DNA of 64,000 bases, from assembly GCA_038087875.1 (NCBI GenBank), contig CM075995.1, positions 6,078,001 to 6,142,000 on the forward strand. The letters are read 5' to 3'. Position 1 is the stretch's first letter; every line of letters begins with the position of its first letter. The notes beneath the pieces are model-generated. The model worked only from the letters and a program-made list of their open reading frames with translations, made no database searches and was not told where the DNA came from. This document shows positions 47,613 to 60,865 of the stretch, one piece after another. Both the position numbers and the translations under genes were made by a program. The DNA is from Malacoraja senta. Its lineage: Eukaryota.

Positions 47613-50600
47613 GAACATAGAAACATAGAAAATAGGTGCAGGAGTAGGCCATTCGGCCCTTCGAGTCTGCACCGCCATTCAATATGATCATGGCTGATCA
47701 TCCAACTCAGTATCCTGTACCTGCTTTCTCTCCATACTCCCTGATCCCTTTAGCCACAAGGGCCACATCTAACTCCCTCTTAAATATAGCCAATTAACTG
47801 GCCTCAACCGGTCCTAAAAGATTTCCCCCCCTTATCCTTAAACTGTGACCCCTTGTTCTGGACTTCCCCAACATTGGGAACAATCTTCCTGCATCTAGCC
47901 TGTCCAACCCCTTAAGAATTTTGTACGTTTCTATAAGATCCCCCCTCAATCTTCTAAATTCTAGCGAGTACAAACCGAGTCTATCCAGTCTTTCTTCATA
48001 TGAAAGTCCTGACATCCCAGGAATCAGTCTGGTGAACCTTCTCTGTACTCCCTCTATGGCAATAATGTCAGATTAGGAGACCAAAACTGTACGCAATACT
48101 CCAGGTGTGGTCTCACCAAGACCCTGTACAACTGCAGTAGAACCTCCCTGCTCCTATACTTAAATCCTTTTGTTATGAATGCTAACATACCATTCGCCTT
48201 CTTCACTGCCTGCTGCACCCGCATGCCTACTTTTAATGACTGGTGTACCATGACACCAGGTCTCGTTGCATCTCCCCTTTTCCTAATCGACCACCATTCA
48301 GATAATAGTCTACTTTCCTGTTTTTGCCACCAAAGTGGATAACCTCACATTTATCCACATTATACTGCATTTGCCCACTCACCCAGCCTATCCAAGTCAC
48401 CTTGCAGCCTCCGAGCATCCTCCTCACAGCTAACACTGCCCCCCAGCTTCGTGTCATCCGCAAACTTGGACATGTTGCATTTAATTCCCTCGTCCAAATC
48501 ATTAATATATATCGTAAATAGCTGGGGTCCCAGCACTGAGCCTTGCGGTACCCCACTAGTCACTGCCTGCCATTGTGAAAAGGACCCGTTTACTCCCACT
48601 CTTTGCTTCCTGTCTGCCAGCCAGTTCTCTATCCACAACAATACTGAACCCCCAATACCATGTGCTTTAAGTTTGTATACTATTCTCTTATGTGGGACCT
48701 TGTCGAAAGCCTTCTGAAAGTCCAGATATAACACATCCACTGGTTCTCCCTTATCCACTCTACTAGTTACATCCTCGAAAAATTCTATAAGATTCGTCAG
48801 ACATGATTTACCTTTCATAAATCCATGCTGACTTTGTCCAATGATTTCACCACTTTCCAAATGTGCTGCTATCCCATCTTTAATAACTGATTCTAGCAGT
48901 TTCCCCACTACCGACGTTAGACTAACTGGTCTGTAATTCCCCGTTTTCTCTCTCCCTCCCTTTTTAAAAAGTGGGGTTACGTTAGCTACCCTCCAATGCT
49001 CAGGAACTACTCCAGAATCTAAAGAGTTTTGAAAAATTATCACTAATGCATCCACTATTTCTGGGGCTACTTCCTTAATTACTCTGGGATGCAGCCTATC
49101 TGGCCCTGGGGATTTATCGGCCTTTAATCCATTCAATTTACCTAACACCACTTCCCGGCTAACCTGGATTTCACAGTTCCCCCATCTCATTTGACCCCCG
49201 GTCCCCTGCTATTTCCGGCAGATTATTTATGTCTTCCTTAGTGAAGACAGAACCAAAGTAGTTATTCAATTGGTCTGCCATGTCCTTGTTCCCCATGATC
49301 AATTTGCGTGTTTCTGACTGCAAGGGACCTACATTTGTTTTAACTAATCTTTTCCTCTTCACATATCTATAAAAGCTTTTGCAGTCAGTTTTTATGTTCC
49401 CTGCCAGTTTTCTTTCATAATCTATTTTCCCTTTCCTAATTAAGCCCTTTGTCCTCCTCTGCTGGACCCTGAATTTCTTCCAGTCCTCTGGTAGGCTGCT
49501 TTTTCAGGCTTATTTGTATGCTTCATCTTTTGTTTTGATACTATCTCTGATTTCCCTTGTTATCCACGGATGCACTACCTTCCCTGATTTATTTTTTTGC
49601 CAAACTGGGATGAACAATTGTTGTAGTTCATCCATGCAGTCTTTAAATGCCTTCCATTGCATATCTATCGTCAACCCATTAAGAATCAATTGCCAGTCTA
49701 TCTTGGCCAATTCACTTCTCATACCCTCAAAGTTACCTTTCTTTATGTTCAGGACCCTTGTTTCTGAATTAACAATGTCACTCTCCATCCTAATGAAGAA
49801 CTCAACCATATTATGGTCACTCTTGCCCAAGGGGCCACGCACAATAAGACTGCTAACTAACCCTTCCTCATTACTCAATACCCAATCTAGAATAGCCTGC
49901 TCTCTCGTTGGTTCCTCTACATTTTGGTTTAGAAAACTATCCCGCATACATTCCAAGAAATCCTCTTCCTCAGCACCCTTGCCAATTTGATTCACCCAAT
50001 CTATATGTAGATTGAAGTCACCCATTATAACTGTTTTACCTTTGTTGCACGCATTTCTAATTTCCTGTTTGATGCCATCCCCAACTCCACTACTACTGTT
50101 AGGTGGCCTGTACACAACTCCCACTAGCGTTTTCTGCCCTTAGTGTTTCGCAGCTCTACCCATATCGATTCCACATCCTCCAAGCTAATGTCCTTCCTTT
50201 CTATTGCGTTAATCTGCTCTCTAACCAGCAACGCTACCCCACCTCCTAATTCCCTTTCTGTCTATTCCTCCTGAATATTGAATAACCCTGGATATTCAGC
50301 TCCCAGTCTTGGTTACCCTGGAGCCATGTCTCCGTGATCCCAACTATATCATAGTCATTAATAGCTATCTGCACATTCAACTCATCCACCTTATTACGAA
50401 TGCTCCTTGCATTGAGACACAAAGCCTTCAGGCTTGTTTTTACAACACTCTTACCCCTTATACAATTATGTTGAAAAGTGGCCCTTTTTGATTTTTGCCC
50501 TGGATTTGTCTGCCTGCCACTTTTACTTTTCACCTTGCTACCTATTGCTTCTACCCTCATTTTACACCCCTCTGTCTCTACGCTCACACATTTAAGAAAC

Positions 50601-50655
50601 CCTTTCCCTTTAACTCCATCCTCAACTATCCCATTCGACACCTCACCCCCCTTAT
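47613..50655 (-). mobile_element. CR1 subfamily 'B', whole ORF2 region, decayed
   Basis: EN (LNARSIRNK, GITETW) through RT to tail; several frameshifts and deletions. Confidence 0.92.
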
Positions 50656-51020
50656 AACACCCCAGATTTCACTTGGGTAGCTTAAATTCTCCAACGTTAG
50701 GTAAATAATTCCCTCCCCTTTTCCACCCCTCTCCCCTGTGCCCCGGCTGGACGTGCACCCAGTTCTCCCTTTCCCCTACCCACACCCTCCCCTTCTACCC
50801 ATATTCCTTTCTCTGGCTACACATTTCACGTCCCTTTTATCCTTATCTCCCCATCTCACACTCTGTCTTTTCATCTCTAGCCTTTGTCTCTAGCCTTTGT
50901 CCATCCATCTGCCTATCAAAGCCCCCCTTCACATATCACTAGCCTGGTCCCCCGGTTCCACCACACCATCTCTCTAACAGCTTTCTCCCAATCTGAAGAA
51001 GTGTCCTGATCTAGAAGTTG
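50656..51020 (+). mobile_element. Degenerate Penelope-like 3' region
   Basis: Pyrimidine-rich tract ending in tctgaagaag (decayed hammerhead-like motif); a similar minus-strand piece lies at ~1600-1760. Confidence 0.45.
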
Positions 51021-51240
51021 TGAACTATTATGTTACAACAGTCCTCTAGCTGGAGAATGCATTGTGACAAACACAAAGCATTGGACTGTAGCTGCAAAAT
51101 GACATCTACTCCATCAAAACACTTAACAGTTGCAAGAATGTGCAACATGACTGTTCAACACAGTATTACACAGGGAATCCTGACAATGTCAATTGAATTA
51201 AAGTTCCTTCTTTGCTACTTGCTTCCCGAATTCGGATTAA

Positions 51241-54200
51241 CCCAGGGACCGTTGCAGGAGGAGGAGCGGCGTCCGGGTGGTGAGTAGATAAACGGCGCGG
51301 GGCTTTGCTTTCCAGACACCCAGGGACCGTTGCAGGAGGAGGAGCCCAAAACTGCAACGTTCCATTCAAGTTTCCTATAAGTGAGGAAGCCGCTGATTGG
51401 TGGAAGAGGACTAAGAGGAAGCAGCTGATTGGGAGTCAGATCCCTGCTGATTTCCTCCACCAGTTTGTATTATATCCAGGGTAAGGCACTGTGTTGTATC
51501 TAGGGTAAGGGGGGAGATTGAGGGCCAGGGCAGTTTACTGTTCTGGATGTCAGATGTGGGAGGTCATGGAGTCTGATACCCCTCCAGACGTCCACATCTG
51601 TGTCAGGTGCGTAGAGATGGGGTTCCTAAGGGACCGTGTTAGGAACCTGGAGCAGCAGCTCGATGACCTTTGTCTGATCAGGGAGAGTGAGGAGGTCATA
51701 GAAAGGAGTTATTGGGAGGTGGCCACTCCAAGACCACGGGAGGCAGACAAGTGGGTCACGGTTAGGAAGGGCAAGGGGCAGAGGCAGGGACTAGTGAGTA
51801 CCCCGGTGGCTGTACACCTTGAAAATAAGTACTCCTGTTTGAGTACTGTTGGGGGGGACAGCCTTCCTGGGGGTAGAGACAGCGGCAGGGCCTCCGGCAC
51901 AGAGACCGGCCCTATTGCTCAGAAGGGTAGGGAAAAGAAGAGGAGGGCAATAGTAATAGAGGACTCTATGGTTAGGGGGTCGGATAGGCGATTCTGTGGA
52001 CGCAGTCAGGAGACCCGGATGGTAGTTTGCCTCCCTGGTGCCAGGGTCAGGGATGTGTCTGAACGCGTCCAAGATATCCTGAAATCGGAGGAAGAGGAGC
52101 CTGAGGTTGTGGTACATATAGGTACCAATGACACAGGTAGAAAAAGAGAAGAGGTCCTGAAAGGAGAATTTAGGGAGTTGGGAGGAGAGTTAAGGAGAAG
52201 GACCGCAAAGGTAACAATCTCAGGATTACTATCTGTGCCACGCGACGGTGAGAGTAGGAATGGAATGAGGCGGAGGATAAATGCGTGGCTGAGGAACTGG
52301 TGCAGCGGGCAGGGATTCAAATTTCTGGATCATTGGGATCATTGGGACCTCTGGGGAAGGTGTGACCTGTACAGAAAGGACGGGTTGCACTTGAACCCGA
52401 GGGGGACCAATATCCTGGCGGGGAGATTTGCAAAGGCTACTGGGGAGACTTTAAACTAGAACGGTTGGGGGGGAGGGACTCAAATAGAGAAAGCTAGTGG
52501 AAAATGTGGGAGGCAGGAGGCAGAGAAGGGAAGCACTCAGACCCAAAATGTAGGGGAGAAAGAAGAAAAGGTAATAAACAGAGAATAAGTGGTGGTGGGT
52601 TTCTTAAATGTGTATATTTTAATGCTAGGAGCATTGTAAGAAAGGTGGATGAGCTTAGAGCCTGGATTGACACCTGGAAGTATGATGTTGTGGCGATCAG
52701 TGAAACATGGTTCCAGGAGGGCTGTGATTGGAAACTATATACTCCAGGATTTCGTTGCTTCAGGGGTGATAGAATTGGAGGGGCAAGAGGTGGGGGTGTT
52801 GCATTGCTTGTCAAGGAAGATATTACAGCAGTGCTTTGGCAGGATAGATTAGAGGGCTTGTCTAGGGAGGCTATTTGGGTGGAACTGAGAAATGGGAAAG
52901 GTGTAGCAACACTTATAGGGGTGCATTATAGACCGCCAAATCGGGAGCGAGAATTGGAAGAGCAAATATGTAAGGAGATAGCAGATATTAGTAGTAAGCA
53001 CAAGGTAGTGATTGTGGGAGATTTCAATTTTCCACACAAAGACTGGGAAACACATTCTGTAAAAGGACTGGATGGTTTGGAGTTTGTAAAATGTGTGCAG
53101 GATAGTTTTTTGCAGCAATACATAGAGGAACCTACTAGAGAAGGGGCAGTGCTGGACCTCCTGTTAGGAAATGAGACAGGGCAGGTGGCGGAGGTATGCG
53201 TCGGGGAGCACTTCGGTTCCAGTGATCACAATACCATTAGTTTCAATATAATTATGGAGAGGGTCAGAACTGGACCTAGAGTTAAGATTTTTGATTGGAG
53301 AAAGGCTAACTTTGAGGAGATGCGAAAGGATTTAAAAGGAGTGAATTGGGACATGTTGTTTTATGGGAAGGATGTAGAAGAAAAATGGAGGACATTTAAG
53401 GGTGACATTTTAAGAGTACAGAATCTTTATGTCCCTGTTCGGTTGAAAGGAAATAGTAAAAATTGGAAAGAGCCATGGTTTTCAAGGGAAATTGGACACG
53501 GTTCGGAAAAAGAGAGAAATCTACAATAATTATAGGCAGCATGGAGTAAATGAGGTGCTTGAGGAGTATAAAGAATGTAAAAAGAATATTAAGAAAGAAA
53601 TTAGAAAAGCTAAAAGAAGATATGAGGTTGCTTTGGCAAGTAAGGTGAAAGTAAATCCAAAGGGTGTCTACACCTATATTAATAGCAAAAAGATAACAAG
53701 GAATAAAATTGGTCCATTAGAGAGTCAGAGTGGACAGCTATCTGCAGAGCCAAAAGAGATGGGGGAGATATTGAACAATTTCTTTTCTTCGGTATTCACC
53801 AAGGAGAAGGATATGGAATTATGTGAGGTAAGGGAAACAAGCAGAGTAGCAATGGAAACTGTGAGATTCAAAGAAGAGGAGGTGCGGACACTTTTGAAAA
53901 ATATGAAAACGGATAAGTCTCCAGGTCCTGACAGGATATTCCCTAGGACATTGAGGGAAGTTAGTGTAGAAATAGCAGGGGCTATGACAGAAATATTTCA
54001 AATGCCATTAGAAACGGGAATAGTGCCGGAGGATTGGCGTACTGCGCATGTTGTTCCGTTGTTTAAAAAGGGTTCTAAGAGTAAACCTAGCAATTATAGA
54101 CCTGTTAGTTTGACGTCAGTGGTGGGCAAATTAATGGAAAGGATACTTAAAGATAATATATATAAGCATCTGGATAAGCAGGGTCTGATTAGGAACAGTC

Positions 54201-55510
54201 AACATGGATTTGTGCCTGGAAGGTCATGCTTGACTAACCTTCTTGAATTTTTCGAAGAGGTTACTAGGGAAATTGATCAGGGTAAAGCAGTGGATGTTGT
54301 CTATATGGACTTCAGTAAGGCCTTTGACAAGGTTCCTCATGGAAGGTTGGTTAAGAAGATTAAATTGTTGGGTATTAATGGTGGAGTAGCAAGATGGATT
54401 CAACAGTGGCTGAATGGGAGATGCCAGAGAGTAATGGTGGATGGCTGTTTGTCAGGTTGGAGGCCGGTCACTAGTGGTGTGCCTCAGGGGTCTGTGTTGG
54501 GTCCACTGTTGTTTGTCATGTACATCAATGATCTGGATGATGGTGTGAAAAATTGGATTAGTAAGTATGCAGATGATACTAAGATAGGTGGTGTTGTGGA
54601 TAATGAAGTAGATTTTCAAAGTCTACAGAGAGATTTCGGCCATTCGGAAGAGTGGGCTGAAAGATGGCAGATGGAGTTTAATGCTGACAAATGTGAGGTG
54701 CTACATCTCGGCAGGACAAATCAAAATAGGACGTACATGGTAAATGGTAGCGAATTGAGGAATGCAGTTGAACAGAGGGATCTAGGAATAACTGTGCATA
54801 GTTCCCTGAAGGTGGAATCTCATGTAGATAGGGTGAAAAAGAAAGCTTTTGGTGTGCTGGCCTTTATAAATCAGAGCATTCAATATAGAAGTTGGGATGT
54901 AATGTTAAAATTGTAGAAGGCATTGGTGAGGCCAATTCTGGAGTATGGAGTACAATTTTGGCCGCCTAATTATAGGAAGGATGTCAACAAAATAGAGAGA
55001 GTACAGAGGAGATTTACTAGAATGTTGCCTGGGTTTCAGCAACTAAGTTACAGAGAAAGGTTGAACAAGTTAGGTCTTTATTCTTTGGAGCGCAGAAGGT
55101 TAAGAGGGGACTTGATAGAGGTCTTTAAAATTATGAGCGGGTTAGACAGAGTGGACGTGGATAAGCTTTTCCCATTGAGAGAAGGGAAGATTCAAACAAG
55201 GGGACATGACTTGAGAATTAAGGGACAGAAGTTTAGGGGTAACATTAGGGAGAACTTCTTTACTCAGAGAGTGGTAGCTGTGTGGAATGAGCTTCCAGTG
55301 GAAGTGGTGGAGGCAGGTTCGATGTTATCCTTTAAAAATAGATTGGATGGGTATATGGACGGGAAAGGAATGGAGGATTGTGGTCTGAGTGCAGGTAGAT
55401 GGGACTAGGGGGAAGTTAAAAAAGAACATTAAAAAAATAAAAGTATTCGGCACCGACTTGAAGGGCCGAGATGGCCTGTTTCCGTGCTGTTATGGTTATA
55501 TGGTTATATA
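51241..55510 (+). mobile_element. Near-full-length CR1 subfamily 'A'
   Basis: 5' monomers (78-bp period); ORF1 51518-52459 (ATG changed to TTG, GDS to EDS); ORF2 with a frameshift near 53500 and a stop at 54914-54916; tail tatggttata. Confidence 0.95.
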
Positions 55511-55833
55511 ATCACTAGTTGCAATCAGCTGAAATCAATTCATTTTTTTCAGACCAAAATCGAAAGTTAAAATGCAGAAAATTAAATCTGAAATTTTGTG
55601 CAGAGATAGTTAATTAATTTATATCAAAATACTTTGCCCGCCATTTGAAAGGAAACATTCATGTCTCCCTTAAAATGGTGGACTGAGGGCTTAATGTAAA
55701 CTACGTAACAATTTGTGGCACAATATTGTACTGAATAACCCTTAGGCTAATGCTTCAGCAATCGGTAGAATTGAACTGGCAAATTTGAAAGGAATTGTAT
55801 CTATTTTCATTAGATCAACCCTTTTCCAAGTAA

Positions 55834-58410
55834 CAAAGTGGATTTCCAAGTGGATTTTCAGTGGATCAGTTCCTGTGGACTGGAGGGTAGCCTATGTAAC
55901 TCCACTTTTTAAGAAAGGAATGAGAGAGAAATCAGGGAATTATAGACCAGTTAGCCTTACATCAGTAGTGGGGAAGATGCTGGAGTCGATTATTAAAGAT
56001 GTTATAGCAGTACATTTGGAAAGCAGTGACGGGATCGGTCAAAGTCAGCAAAGATTTATGAAGGGAAAATCATGCTTGACTAATCCTTTGGCATTTTTTG
56101 AGGATGGAACAAGTAGAATGGATAAGGGAGAGCCAGTGGATGTGGTGTATCTGGACTTTCAAAACAAGATATTAGTGTGCAAAATTAGAGCACATGGTAT
56201 TCAGGGTAGGGTCTTTGTTCATCAGTCTATGAAAGTAAGCAAGCAGGTACAGCAGGCAGTGAAGAAAGTGAATGGCATGTTGGCCTTTATAACAAGAGGA
56301 GTCGAGTATAGGAGCAAAGAGGTCCTTCTGCAGTTGTACAGGGCCCTAGTGAGACCACACCTGGAGTGTTGAGTGCAGTTTTGGTCCCCTAATTTGAGGA
56401 AGGACATTCTTGCTATTGAGGGAGTGCAGCATAGGTTTACAAGGTTAATTCCCGGGATGGCGGGACTGTCATATGCTGAGAGAATGGAGCGGCTCGGCTT
56501 GTACACTCTGGAGTTTAGAAGGATGAGAGGATATCTTATTGAAACATATAAGATTGTTAAGGGTTTGGACAAGCTAGAGGCAGGAAACATGTTCCTGATG
56601 TTGGGGGAGTCCAGAACCAGGGACCACAGTTTAAGAATAAGGGGTAAGCCATTGAGAACGGAGACGAGGAAACACTTTTTTCTCACAGAGAGTTGTGAGT
56701 CTGTGGAATTCTCTGCCTCAGAAGGCGGTGGTGGCCGGTTCTCTGGATACTTTCACCTGAGTGAAATCCAGGTTAGTCGGGAAGTGGTGTTGGGTAAATT
56801 GAATGGATTAAACGCCGATAAATCACCAGGGCCAGATAGGCTGCATCCCAGAGTACTTAAGGAAGTAGCTCCAGAAATAGTGGAAGCATTAGTGATAATT
56901 TTTCAAAACTCTTTAGATTCTGGAGTAGTTCCTGAGGATTGGAGGGTAGCAAACGTAACCCCACTTTTTAAGAAGGGAGGGAGAGAGAAAACGGGGAATT
57001 ACAGACCAGTTAGTCTAACATCGGTAGTGGGGAAACTGCTAGAGTCAGTTATTAAAGATGGGATAGCAGCACATTTGGAAAGTGGTGAAATCATTGGACA
57101 AAGTCAGCATGGATTTACGAAAGGTAAATTGTGTCTGACGAATCTTATAGAATTTTTGGAGGATGTAACTACTAGAGTGGATAGGGGAGAACCAGTGGAT
57201 GTGTTGTATCTGGACTTTCAGAAGGCTTTCGACAAGGTACCACATAAGAGATTAGTATACAAACTTAAAGCACACGGTATTGGGGGTTCAGTATTGATGT
57301 GGATAGAGAACTGGCTGGCAAACAGGAAGCAAAGAGTAGGAGTAAACGGGTCCTTTTCACAATGGCAGGCAGTGACTAGTGGGGTACCGCAAGGCTCAGT
57401 GCTGGGACCCCAGCTATTTACAATTTATATTAATGAACTGGATGAGGGAATTGAAGGCAACATCTCCAAGTTTGAGGATGACACTAAGCTGGGGGACAGT
57501 GTTAGCTGTGAGAAGGATGCTAGGAGACTGCAAGGTGACTTGGATAGGCTGGGTGAGTGGGCAAATGTTTGGCAGATGCAGTGTAATGTGGATAAATGTG
57601 AGGTTATCCACTTTGGTGGCAAAAACAGGAAAGCAGACTATTATCTAAATGGTGGCCGATTAGGAAATGAGGAGATGCAGCGAGACCTGGGTGTCATGGT
57701 ACACCAGTGATTGAAAGTAGGCATGCAGGTGCAGCAGGCAGTGATGAAAGCGAATGGTATGTTAGCTTTCATAGCAAAAGGATTTGGGTATAGGAGCAGG
57801 GAGGTTCTACTGCAGTTGTACAGGGTCTTGGTGAGACCACACCAGGAGTATTGCGTACAGTTTTGGTCTCCAAATCTGGGGAAGGACATTATAGCCATAG
57901 AGGGGGTGCAGAGAAGGTTCACCAGACTGATTCCTGGGATGTCAGGACTTTCATATGAAGAAAGACTGGATAGACTTGGCTTATACTCGCTAGAATTTAG
58001 GAGATTGAGAGGGGATCTTATAGAAACGTACATAATTCTTATGGGATTGGACAGGCTAGATGCAGGAAGATTGTTCCCGATGTTGGGGAAGTCCAGGACA
58101 AGGGGTCACAGCTCAAGGATAAGGGGGAAATCCTTTAAGACCGAGATGAGGAAAAACTTTTTCACACAGAGAGTGGTGAATCTCTGGAACTCTCTGCCAC
58201 AGAGGGTAGTTGAGGCCAGTTCATTGGCTATATTTAAGAGGGAGTTAGATGTGGCCCTTGTGGCTAAAGGGATCAGGGGGTATGGAGAGAAGGCAGGTAC
58301 GGGATACTGAGTTGGATGATCAGCCATGATCATATTGAATGGCGGTGCAGGCTCGAAGGGCCGAATGGCCTACTCCTGCACCTATTTTCTATGTATCTAT
58401 GTATCTATGT
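55834..58410 (+). mobile_element. Chimeric CR1: internally deleted copy fused at ~56755 to a subfamily 'B' 3' portion
   Basis: Junction ggatactttc|acctgagtgaaatcc; ends in a (CTATGTAT)n tail; first ~1.4 kb is shared with 11441-~12850. Confidence 0.85.
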
Positions 58411-59613
58411 AAGAGAAGAGGCCTCTTAAAGATAGCGGAGGCAGGGGATATGGGGAGAAGGCAGGAACGGGGTACTGATTGGGGATGATCAGCCATGATC
58501 ACATTGAATGGTTCGAAGGGCCGAATGGCCTACTCCTGCACCTATTGTCTATTGTCTATTGGTATTGGCATGGATAGAGAACTGGTTGGCAGACAGGAAG
58601 CAAAGAGTAGGAATTAACGGGTCCTTTTCAGGCAGTGACTAGTGGGGTGCCGCAAGGCTCGGTGCTGTGACCCCAGTTGTTTACAATATATGTAAACGAT
58701 GTAGACAAAGGAATTAAATGTAACATCTCTAAGTTTGCGGATGACACAAAGCTGGGTGGCAGTGCGAGCTGCGAGGAGGATGCTATGAGGCTGCTGGGTA
58801 ACTTGGACAGGTTGGGTGAGGAGGCAGAACCATGGCAGATGCAGTATAATGTGGATAAATGTGAGGTTATCCATTTTGGTGGTAAGAACAGGAAGGCAGA
58901 TTATTATCTGAGTGGTGTTAGATTAGGAGAAGGGGGGGTGCAACGAGACCTGGGTGTGCTTGTACATCAGTCACTGAAAGTAAGCATGCAGGTACAGCAG
59001 ACAGTGAAGAAAGCTAATGGCATGTTGGCCATTGTGAGAGGATTTGAGTTTAGGAGCAAAGAGTTGCTACTGCAATTGTACAGGGCCCTGGTGAGACCGG
59101 TGTGCAATTTTGGTCTCCTAATTTGATTAAGGACATTATTGCTATTGAGGGAGTGCAGCGTAGGTTCACCAGGTTAATTCCCGGGATGTCGGGACTGACA
59201 TATGATGAAAGAATGGGTCGACTGGGCTTGTATTCTCTGGAATTTAGAAGGATGAGAGGGAATCTTATAGAAACATATAAAATTCTTAGAGGATTGGACA
59301 GGGTAGATGCAGGAAAAATGTTCCCTATGCTGAGGGAGTCCAGAACCAGGGGTCACAGTTTAAGAATAAGGGATAAGCCATTTAGGACTGAGATGAGGAA
59401 TAACTTTTTTCACCCAGAGAGTTGTGAATCTGTGGAGTTCTCTGCCACAGAAGGCAGTGGAGGCCAATTCACTGGATGTTTTCAAGAGGGAGTAGATTTA
59501 GCTCTTAGGGCTAACGGAATCAAGGGATATGGGGTACTGATTTTGAATGACGGCGCTGGCTCATTATGCCGAATGGCCTACACCTGGACCTATTTTCTAT
59601 GTCTATGTTTCTA
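58411..59613 (+). mobile_element. Two further head-to-tail CR1 3' fragments (58411-58560, 58561-59613)
   Basis: Each ends in a CR1 3' UTR and tail; the second has [10 protein letters not shown]. Confidence 0.85.
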
Positions 59614-59694
59614 AGACCAAAAAAAATTCTTAATTTTAATATCTGAAAAATTACATATAATTCAACAAAATATAAATGTTCAAATGCCACAGAC

Positions 59695-59877
59695 CTTGAT
59701 TCCAGGAATCCTTGCTTTTTGATGGGCCGTATTTTTTTTCTTATTACTGGCAGTTTGGTCGTATCAATCACTTTTGTTTCACCGTTGCTATATGTGAATT
59801 CAAGAGTTCCGTTCCATTCCCCCTGTGCCTTGCACACAATCGTGTTTGTAGGATTATGCTTTACCTCAGCCGTAACT
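59695..59877 (-). CDS. OSBPL10: OSBPL10 coding exon (oxysterol-binding domain C-terminal part)
   Basis: [60 protein letters not shown]; ttgtag| and |gtctgt on the minus strand; 183 nt. Synteny with STT3B favours OSBPL10 over OSBPL11. Confidence 0.9.
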
Positions 59878-60865
59878 CTACAAGGACAAAAATATGGAAA
59901 CAAAAGGGTGAAATAAATAGAAGGGAATTCAACTGTTGATCTACAACTCTAGTAAACACAATGAATAGCTTTAAATGTAAAACTTTATTCTCGTGTTTAA
60001 ATCCCATCCTGGTCTTGCTGCATTTCTCTTACAGGCAAATATACCACCTCCACCTCTCATCTCTGAAACATCTTGAAACTGGCCTGCATGTGGATCCACA
60101 ACCTTGATGTCAATGTTCACCGCATACAACATGTTGCTGTTTACTTAAACAAGCAAACTTGTTCAGAACTCCCACCAACACCTCTCAGCTGTTATTAAGT
60201 GTACAGTGCCAACTTAAGAAGTATTTATATAAGCACATAGATATGTGGTGAATGAAGGCGGAGTATTGAAGTAGGCATTTCATTGTTCCGTTTCGGTACG
60301 TATGATAATCAAACGCTCTTAACTCTTGGATCATGTTGAGACGGGAGATTAGTTTATCTTGGCATCATGTCAATCCCTTCAAGATGGTGGCGGCGGGCGG
60401 AGGAAAACAACGATGTTGGTGAGCAGGCAGGGGGCTCAACCTCCGACGCCCTCCGAGGTGCTCGAGGTCACCTGCAGGAGGCACCCCAGGGCACAGAGGC
60501 TGAGCGATAGCCATTGAAGCCCATGTCGAGGAGGTGTCGGAGTGGGTGAGTCGGTGAAGTGGGCCGTTGGAGGACCTGATGTAGCCCAGGGCTCGATTGG
60601 ATCGGACGTTGCTCCGTGGCCCAGCACGTGGCATGGATGTGGCCTGCAGCATCACAGAACGGTGGAGCAGTGGTGGAGGGCAATGACACATCATCTGGCC
60701 AGGCTGATCTCTGCACCTCTGACCCAGTGGCACTGCCAGGACAATGGGTCGATATGGCCGTTAAGACTCTAACATTTTTTTCAAATTTTGGACTTGAAGG
60801 GTACAAGAGGGCACCTAAACCGTGGCAACTCTTGTGTACTGACTACTATACTCTTATACTTAACA

